From assembly GCF_006345805.1 (NCBI RefSeq), contig NC_042999.1:152520001-152584000 (forward strand): 64,000 nt of DNA. Direction: 5' to 3'. Positions within the stretch are counted from its first letter, which is position 1, and each line of letters begins with the position of its first letter. Source of the stretch: Octopus sinensis (Eukaryota). The position numbers and the translations under genes were made by a program. Shown piece after piece: positions 54,868-64,000 of this stretch. A model generated the notes under the pieces. It was given only the letters and a program-made list of their open reading frames with translations, ran no database searches and had not been told where the DNA came from.

Positions 54868-55072
54868 ATATATATATATATATAGTATGTATGTATGGTA
54901 TGTATATATATATATATATATATGTATTGTATGTATGTATTTAGTATGCGATTATTAGAGATATCGGCTTTTTAATTTAATTCTATTTTTTCTATCAGCA
55001 GGAAAATTAGAGATTATATAAAGAAAATAATTATATATCTGAATCAACGGAAACATACTTCAACATGCGGAA

Positions 55073-55119
<47 letters not shown>

Positions 55120-55141
55120 ACTCATATATATATGTATATAG

Positions 55142-55186
<45 letters not shown>

Positions 55187-56243
55187 AATATATATATATA
55201 TACATACACTATGGATATATATACTGTGTAGTATGTATAATTCCCTTTTGCAATTCTATTTTCTTCCGCTAGTTGTAATTGTTTTTTTTTCTTTTTCTTT
55301 TCTCTCTAACTAATATAATTTTGAGTATTATATACATTTATTTGTTTATTAGTAACTGCGTTAATTAGTTTTAATTACAAGTTTTATCACTAAACTTTAT
55401 ATATCTGCTTAAATAGTAACGTGGATTTATTTTCTGTCATGCATTTTTGTTTTCTTTTTTTTTTCTTTTTTTGTATAAATATATATCATTTCCGATTTTC
55501 TTTTACGTTTCTTAGTAACGTTTTTTTTATATTTTCTTCCTTGGTTTTTACTCTTTCCCAGCCTCTATCTTTTTCCCGAAGCACACTCTCACTCCCTCTG
55601 TCTTCGTTCATCTGTTTCTTTCCATCCCTCTCTTATTCTCTTCCTTAATCTATCTAACTCTCTCGTGTTCTTTATCTACCTGTCTCTCTCTATCCATCAT
55701 CTGTACTTGTTTTTCTGACTTCTATATCTTCTAGAACCAATAAATGGCATGCAATCTCTATCCCTTCTACTATTTAATTATCATAAAGAAGTCGTACAAT
55801 AGCCCTGCACTTGTTTGATCTCCCTTACTTTTATACCCACTCTGTCACCCTCTCATTCCCTCTCCTTCCTTTAGTCTTTCTAAATTTTCCGTCATTCCCC
55901 CTCTGCTATTTGTAATAAACATTCTCTTTTCCTACTCCCTCCTCCGTATCATTATCTGTCTTTCTTAGTCTGGCTCTTCCTTCCCTCACCATTCTTGCTC
56001 TCTCTCTTTCTCTTCCTCTCTTCCTATCTATTTAACTATTTGTCTTCTTTACACTCATACGCTTCCCCTCTGTTGGTTAAAATATATCATTCGAAATATA
56101 TGGAACTTCAACAGAAATGGAAGTTTACAAAGTATGTTGATTAAGTTTTTTGCTTGTTCTTTGCTTCAGTATCAATGGTCGCTATCCAAGCCCCAGAGCA
56201 GCACCCCTTGCTCCCCACGGAAACATATCATTCACCTTATTTA

Positions 56244-56582
56244 AAGAGTAAAGGCCCCCTTCAGTCATGAATGACCATGGGATTGCACCTAGAAAGTTAC
56301 CCTCCTAGACACAAGTCCGGGCAAGGTTGTTTATAGAAGACCAGCAGTCACCCATGCATACCAGCCTCCCCTCTCGACTCCACCAGTGTTATCCAAGGGA
56401 AAGACAAAGGTCGATACAGCTTGGCACCAGTGACGTTGCAACTCATTTCTACAGCTGAGTGAACTGGAACAACGTGAAATAAAGTGCCTTGCTCAAGAAC
56501 ACAACACGCAGCCCGGTCCTGGATTCGAGCTCACAACCACACGATCGTAAGCTCGACGCTCTAACCACTGAGCCATGCGCCT
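56244..56582 (-). mobile_element. SINE family C, full length, with 16-bp TSD
   Basis: A box TGGCTCAGTGG, B-box-like GCTCGAATCC, CORE-like TTGAGCAAGGCAC. TCATTCACCTTATTTA occurs at 56228-56243 and 56583-56598. Confidence 0.9.
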
Positions 56583-57491
56583 TCATTCACCTTATTTACT
56601 CACCTTTCTACAACGTTGAGTCGTGATTTGAGGAATACTTGGTTGTTATTTCCAGCATGAAATGCTCCTTTGATCCAGGTTGAAGCGTAACGCTACACAA
56701 GATATCGTAGCTATTATGTTACACCGTCATATGTTCAAATGCGTTTTTTTTCACTATCTAATTTTGCTTGCAATAGCTGATTCTTTTTATCAAACTATCG
56801 TATTTCCCGCTGCTTCAGATGCCAAGAAATCAAACATTGTCAAGGTATAGTACAATGGTTTAGTATTTTTCAAAAGTGTAGCAAATCCCACATACAAAAG
56901 GTTTGCAAAAATATTTCTGACTGAAAATATCATACATGCATAGAGTTACAATTTTATGCACCCAACAAAGTATTATTGTTCAGCTGAAACTGTTGCCAAT
57001 GTAAAAAGAAATGGAATGGTGAAACTATTATTTCGTTTTCTGAAAAAGCAATGTTTTGGACTTACGACACTTTTGCATAATAAATAGCAACGTTATAATC
57101 TCGTGCTTTTCCGTCATTCTCCAAATGATGTTGAATGGTAGAACGTCTATGAATAATGACATAAAACCTTGCTTATCAGATGACACAACGACCACATATA
57201 TCAGCTGTTTAATGTGTCGCGCTTTTGCCAACTTGCTCTCGACGAGGGAGACGGACTTCTTGTAATATCTTAGTGTGACTGTTTACTGGTTGCAACCTTC
57301 CATCTACAAATTTATGAACATCATAATTATTACGTAAACCTGAGCTTCTTGAAACTTCTATCGAGTTGAGGAAATGTGTATTCGCTTCTTAGTGTTCTGT
57401 TTTTTTATTCTCTGCGTAAATATATTCGTATCTCTCTGTCTCCTCTCCCCCTCTCTGACTCTGTCTGTCTGTCTGTCTCTCTGTCTCTCTG

Positions 57492-57567
<76 letters not shown>

Positions 57568-58304
57568 GGATAATCTGTGAGGATAATCTGGAAACTTGAG
57601 TGAGGAGGGAAGGCCACGAATGTACTGGCTGAATATTCCGTCATTGAGAGGCAGTTTTTACAATAAAATGTCTTATATAGATTTTTGCTTATTCCGTGTC
57701 AGACTGTCTTCCCCGACAGATAGGCCTCTTGATCAGGACAGATTTGTGCAATTTTTGGCAAAAAACTTCGTTCAGGATTTTTTTTCCTTAATAAATTATT
57801 TACATGATTGTCCGAGCGTTTCACATGACTTTATTCATTAAAATTTATTAAAACTTCAGGAGTTCTTACAAATTTGGTCGTCGTAATGCTTTGCTTTCGT
57901 TTGTTTAATAAAAATTCCGCCTCCTAGTGATTTTGCCTTCATTTTGTGATAGACAGCTATCATGCTGAAAATGACATACTCCAAATCCTGTTTTCTGGTT
58001 AGGTAAAAATGATTAAACTTTAAATCTCAGCAACATTTTTCTGCAAATGTTTTGGAATAAATCAATAGCAAAATCTGATTTTATGTGGAAAATTATTTCA
58101 ATATACCAAATTTGAAAATTTTGACGTAATATTAAAATTTCACAATATATGACACTAACTGGGAAGGCCAACAGAAGTAGAGAGATAGACAGTTATAGGA
58201 CGTGACACAGACAGAGACACACAGACACACAGACAGACATATTTACAAACGTACACACAGGTAATCACAAATTTAAAATGGTATATAGTAGACATGCATA
58301 TGTA

Positions 58305-59568
58305 CAGGGGCTGGACAAAATAATGGAAACACCGAGCATCATAGCATCATAATTCTGAAATATCTATAAAACCATTAAAAGCTTGTTTATTTTTTATATT
58401 TTTTGATTTATTATTAGTGTTGCCAAATATGTTTTGTTAAAATTGCTGTTTCTTTTCAGATATCATCAGAAAAAGCTAATTAAAATGTATTAAAATGACA
58501 GCTCTATCGGACTTTCAGAGAGGTCAAATTGTTGGTGCTCGTATGGCAGGCGCTAGCGTAATCAAAACAGCCGCAATGTACCAAGAAGAACTGTCTCGAA
58601 AGTAATGACAGCCTTTGAGATAGAGGGAAAAACCTCCTCGTCGAAACAAAACTTCGGAAGAAAGCTAAAACTTTCGGATAGGGACCGTCAAACTCTTAGG
58701 CGAATTGTTAGAAAGGATCACAAAAGTACAGCCCCCAAAATTACTGCAGAGCTTAATGACCACATCGAGAACCCAGTTTCCACAAAAACTGTTCGTCGGG
58801 AGCTGGACAAAGCCTGATTTCACGGGAGGGCTGCAATCAGAAAACCATTACTTTCAAAAATAAACGTTGCAAAGCGTTTAGAGTGCAGTAAAAAGTTACA
58901 GAATTGGTCCCTAGAGCAGGGGAAGACTGTTATTTTCTCGGACGAGTCATTCTTTACCTTTTTTCCGACCACCGGCCGTGTATGTGTTGAGCTAAAAGAA
59001 GCATTTGACCCAGACTGCCTTCTTTCAACTGTAAAACATGGAGGAGGATGTGTGATACTCTGGGAGGCTATATCTTGGAAATCCGCCGGCCCATTGGTTT
59101 CCCTTTATGGCAGAATTAATAGTCAAGACTATTTAAGCATTTTATCAGATCAAATTCATCTTATGTTTGCGGAACTATTTCCGGAGCGAAACGCAATCTT
59201 TCAGGATGATAATGCACCAATTCATACAGACAAAATTATTACTCAATGGCACGATGAACATTCTAGTGAAGTTAAACATCTTATCTGGCCACCATAGTCC
59301 CCAGATCTCAATATTATTGAGCATTTATTTATTGTGCATTTTAGAAAAACAATTAAGGAGTATTTATCCTCAACCATCATCACTACAAGAACTGGTGACT
59401 GTTTTAGCTGAAGAATGGACAAAAATTCCTTTGGAAACAATTTAAACTTTTTACGAGTTCATACCTCGTAGAATTCAAGCTGTAATTACTGCCAAAGGTG
59501 GTTCAATCCCATATTAAATAAATTTGTTTGAAATTTTAAGGTGCTTCCATTATTTTGTCCAACTCCTT
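58305..59568 (+). mobile_element. Full-length Tc1-like DNA transposon with DD36E spacing, inactive
   Basis: 29-bp TIRs at 58305-58333 and 59540-59568 (25/29 match), TA on both sides, 1264 bp. Confidence 0.93.
58495..59517 (+). pseudogene. Tc1-type transposase with stops and frameshifts
   Basis: MTALSDFQRGQIVGARMAGAS..., VIFSDES, FQDDNAPIH, WPP*SPDLNIIE and a GGSIPY* end. Confidence 0.88.
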
Positions 59569-60019
59569 TATATATATGCGGGTATGTATGTGTGTGTGTC
59601 TGAGTTACTTTACGATGGACAACAGAAAAGTCACCTACCCGGTGTCTCCTTAAAACTACTTATTCCTCACACCCACCTTTTTCCCCTTCCTCGGCATTTT
59701 AAAAGGTAATTATATGTTTGAGTGTGCGTGCGTATGTATGTATCTATGTATGTGTGTGTGCATCTATCTATGCATTTACGAAATTATGTATGCAGCGTGA
59801 AGGGTATATAACAGCTGCATTAACGTAAAATCCCAATGCCACTCCATATTTGTCGCTTAGACAACGCTGTTCTCCCCTTACCTGATATTAGTTACCTGCA
59901 CTTTGTCACCATATTTCCTTCATACTAACACTCCTTTCACTCTTCTCATTCTATCATACAATTCGCCCAACCCTACTAGGGGACACATTATATATATATA
60001 TTATATATATTATATATAT

Positions 60020-60078
<59 letters not shown>

Positions 60079-60083
60079 ATATA

Positions 60084-60122
60084 TACGACGGTTTCTTTCA
60101 GTTTCCGTCTGCCAAATCCAAT

Positions 60123-60202
<80 letters not shown>

Positions 60203-60343
60203 GTACGATTAGCTTCTTTCAGTTTCCGCTTGCCAAATCCAGTCACAAGGCTTTGGTCGGCCCGAAGCTATAGTAGAAGATACTTGCCCAAGTCACGCAG
60301 TGGGACTGAATCCGGAGTTATGTGGCAGTCAGGTCTGCACCTA
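60084..60343 (-). mobile_element. SINE family A 5' half with a partial local duplication
   Basis: TTCTTTCAGTTTCCG..TGCCAAATCCA occurs twice, separated by (CA)n(TA)n. Confidence 0.7.
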
Positions 60344-60959
60344 TATATACACACATATATTGTATACACATGTATAAATATATATGTGTGTGTGTGTTTA
60401 TGTATATGTATGTATACACGAACATACAGAGGTATTTTTGCGCATGTCAGTTCGATTTCGGGTTCTTGTACGTGCGCAATAATTTAAAGGCTCTGATTCT
60501 GCAATGATCTGCTCTTAAGGGACTCTGTGCGCTGTAGAGTTGAGCCGAAGTGTTAGATATTCTATACTTAAAACCCCAAGTCACATGTGTAGTGCGCTAT
60601 TATATAACTATACAACTATGTATGCGCGCGTGTATGTGTCTAACAGTAGATATAAATAAACAAATATATATGTAAATATATTTATGAACATATATATCTA
60701 CATATGAATGTGTTTATACGTAGATATATGGGTGTGTACGATTGTGTATACTTATGAAGGCACTTTTATTTGTGTTCTAATTAAGCAAGCTTATTAAACG
60801 TACAATTCTATTCATTCAGTGATGGCTAAAGCAGAAAGAACTAAATATATAAAGTTGACAATGTATGGGAAATAATCTTAATGCATTTTTCATGGCTTTC
60901 ATCGAAGACGAAGCAGAAACATAATTCAAATAGAAATGAAATTGTAAACGGTTACGTAT

Positions 60960-61036
<77 letters not shown>

Positions 61037-61521
61037 ACATACATATATATATATAAATAGATAGATAGGTACACATACATATTTATGAATGTTTACTTCA
61101 ATGTGCGTATACACACACATATACGACACATACACATACAGACACATACACATATATGTATACATATCTATATATATACATTTATGAATTTGTATATGTA
61201 TACATATATATATAAATGCAGAAATATAAATAAAGACACACACACGCATGTATATAATATAGATAGGAACATACATATTTATGAATGTTTGATTAAATGT
61301 ACGTATACACACACACACACGCACACACACATATATATATATATACATAACTATATATATACATGCAAATATGAATTTGTATGTATATATATATATATAT
61401 ACATATGAATGCATACATATATATATATATATACGTATACATACATAAATTTAAATATATGAATATGTATGTATGCATGTATGCATATATACATACATAT
61501 ATGTATACATATATATATATA

Positions 61522-61554
<33 letters not shown>

Positions 61555-61582
61555 CATGCAATATGAATTTGTATGTATATAT

Positions 61583-61673
<91 letters not shown>

Positions 61674-62607
61674 TATATATACACATATATATATATACAC
61701 AAAGATATATACACAAATATATATACACAAATATATAGGCGATGATGTATGCTTTGCAGAGTGTGTAAATTTACAAATATGTTTAAATTTGGAGGAGTTG
61801 TTACATATGAATAAACACTCTAACACACACACATGGGTATATGCAGACACACACACGTATAGATAAGCATACATAAAAGTATGTCTATAACCGCATAGAT
61901 ACATATACATGTGTATATATATATATATTATATATATATATTATATATATATATATATATATAGGTATATATATATATATATATGCATGTATATATATGT
62001 ATATATATATGTAAGTTTACACGTAATACAAACATTATATGTGTGTGTGTATATATATAAGTACGTACACAGATGCATACACACAAACATGCGCGCACAC
62101 ACACACACACACACGCACACACATATATAGAAATACGTTGGGAAAGTATACGAATGTGTCAGTGTGAGAGTATAAGTGTGTGACTGAGCGTGCGTGCGTG
62201 CGTGCGTGCGTGCGAGTGTGTGTACGTCATATATGAGCGGCGATGGGGGGGAAATGTTTCGTTCGTTGAGAATGTCTGATTAAGTCTATTCACCATTCCG
62301 CTATTCCATTTGAAAGCGATCCTCCAAAGTAGTCCGTCCGCGCAGCAGGAGAGGTAATGCAGAATTTTTGGCATACACAAGTAACAGTAACGAGCGAATA
62401 TGATGGCGGCTTTGTGTAAACCGGAAGTGCTGCATCGTACTACCCACCTGAGCTTGGCATAGTTTACATAGTACTAGATTCACTCCACGGAGATGATGAA
62501 GCTCTCGATGTAAAGAAGCACTAAAGGAAACGTTTGCAATGAAATGTAGACACGTTAGACTCAGATCTATGGGCGTATTTTAAATATTATTATTATTACT
62601 AGTGCCC

Positions 62608-62662
<55 letters not shown>

Positions 62663-62665
62663 CAT

Positions 62666-62816
62666 TTGCCTTCATTTTCTGAGTTCAAATTCGACTGAGG
62701 TCGACTTTGCCTTTCATCCTCTCGGGGTCGATTAAATAAATATTAGTGTACTGGGGTCGATGTAATCAGCTTAATCCCTTCCCCAAAATTCGGGTCCTGC
62801 GCCTATAGCAGAAAGG

Positions 62817-62912
<96 letters not shown>

Positions 62913-63070
62913 GCGCCTTCACTTTCTGAGTTCAAATTCGACTGAGGTCGACTTTGCCTTTCATCCTCTCGGGGTCGATTAAATAAGTATTAGTAGAGTA
63001 CTGGGGTCGATGTAATCAACTTAATCCCTTCCCCAAAATTCGAGTCCTACGCCTATAGCAGAAAGGATTA
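62666..63070 (+). mobile_element. Two tandem 5'-truncated family B SINEs separated and flanked by (ATT)n
   Basis: Near-identical units of about 155 bp starting near 62668 and 62914. Confidence 0.85.
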
Positions 63071-63094
63071 TTACTATTATTATCATCATCTTCA

Positions 63095-63150
<56 letters not shown>

Positions 63151-63701
63151 GAGTGAGAGAGCAGTGCATGCCATCAAAGTGACACAGGCGTAAAATATAC
63201 GATGCCCAGTATACCCATCATGACTACCCGTCTGATAAGGGTACACCAGGCACATGCATCACAACCATATGTGCGCGACATTGTGATCTCATATCAAGAT
63301 AAACAGCACATGACCTTGCAGGTGGGGCCCAGTTAGAATTTTCTTCTGGTCGAGTAACCCATCCCGCTCAAAAGGTCCCTGAATGAGGATTGTTTAAGGA
63401 GGATGAACGAAACATCCATGTTTCCAGAGATGAATTATTCAAACCCCAAAGAATCCCTCTCAACACATGGCTATGATGCTCTCCCACTACTTCTGCTCAT
63501 GATCAGGGATGTACATATCGTCAGCCACTTAGGGACATGCTCAACTGGTTAAGGTCAAACAACTGACAAGCAAATCTGTGGTATTGAGCAGAATATTTGC
63601 TGTAGCCCATCTTTTATACCAGGACAAAGCAATTTACATAACACTTCCAATCAGATAAGATCAGAAGCCATGAGAACCACTGCCTGGTACTGCATCAGTG
63701 C

Positions 63702-63703
<2 letters not shown>
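63151..63703 (-). mobile_element. Unclassified 553-bp interspersed element flanked by (ATT)n
   Basis: 63283-63395 has an inverted homologue at 35907-36018. Microsatellite on both sides. The strand is inferred from a presumed (AAT)n tail. Confidence 0.6.
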
Positions 63704-63773
<70 letters not shown>

Positions 63774-64000
63774 CATCGTCGTCCTTGTCGGTCATCATCG
63801 TCATCGTCATCAATAACAGTAGCATTTTTATTTATCAAAATAAAATCTGATAAAATACGAACTTGCAAACTGGAATATCGAATGTTTGTATTGGATTAGT
63901 TTATTCTGGCACCTAATGAAATGTAGTGTAATTTTTATGTGTGTTCTCATTGAATATAATTTCAACGAAAATTAAATATGAAACAAATATTAGGCTTAAC

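Noticed and set aside
53420-55050. Nuclear mitochondrial insertion
   Set aside because: No recognisable mitochondrial protein, rRNA or tRNA sequence.
56132-56169. GT...AG mini-intron with a strong acceptor
   Set aside because: It is only 38 bp, and the flanking frames close quickly or run into a SINE.
57066-57303. Minus-strand exon bounded by AG and GTAAGT
   Set aside because: All three frames contain stops.

Overview
Repeat-saturated eukaryotic DNA, probably intronic or intergenic. The very dense TA/TG/TCTA/ATAC/ATT microsatellites and the tRNA-derived SINE set look like an Octopus-type cephalopod genome; this is inferred from recall, not from a database search. No host protein-coding gene can be called confidently. 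Nearly all ORFs in the supplied track are microsatellite artefacts. Supported content: a 5'-truncated L1/Tx1-clade LINE plus two shorter 3'-end copies, all three embedded in (TCTA)n in the same orientation; a decayed R4/Dong-like LINE lacking its RT core and interrupted by a probable solo LTR; a Penelope-like GIY-YIG relic; a full-length mariner; a full-length Tc1-like element with DD36E spacing; two non-autonomous Helitron-like elements; at least four SINE families; and several minisatellites and hairpins. The best candidate for a new system is a Tx1 retrotransposon family that targets (TCTA)n microsatellites, within a wider pattern of element families each pairing with a particular microsatellite.
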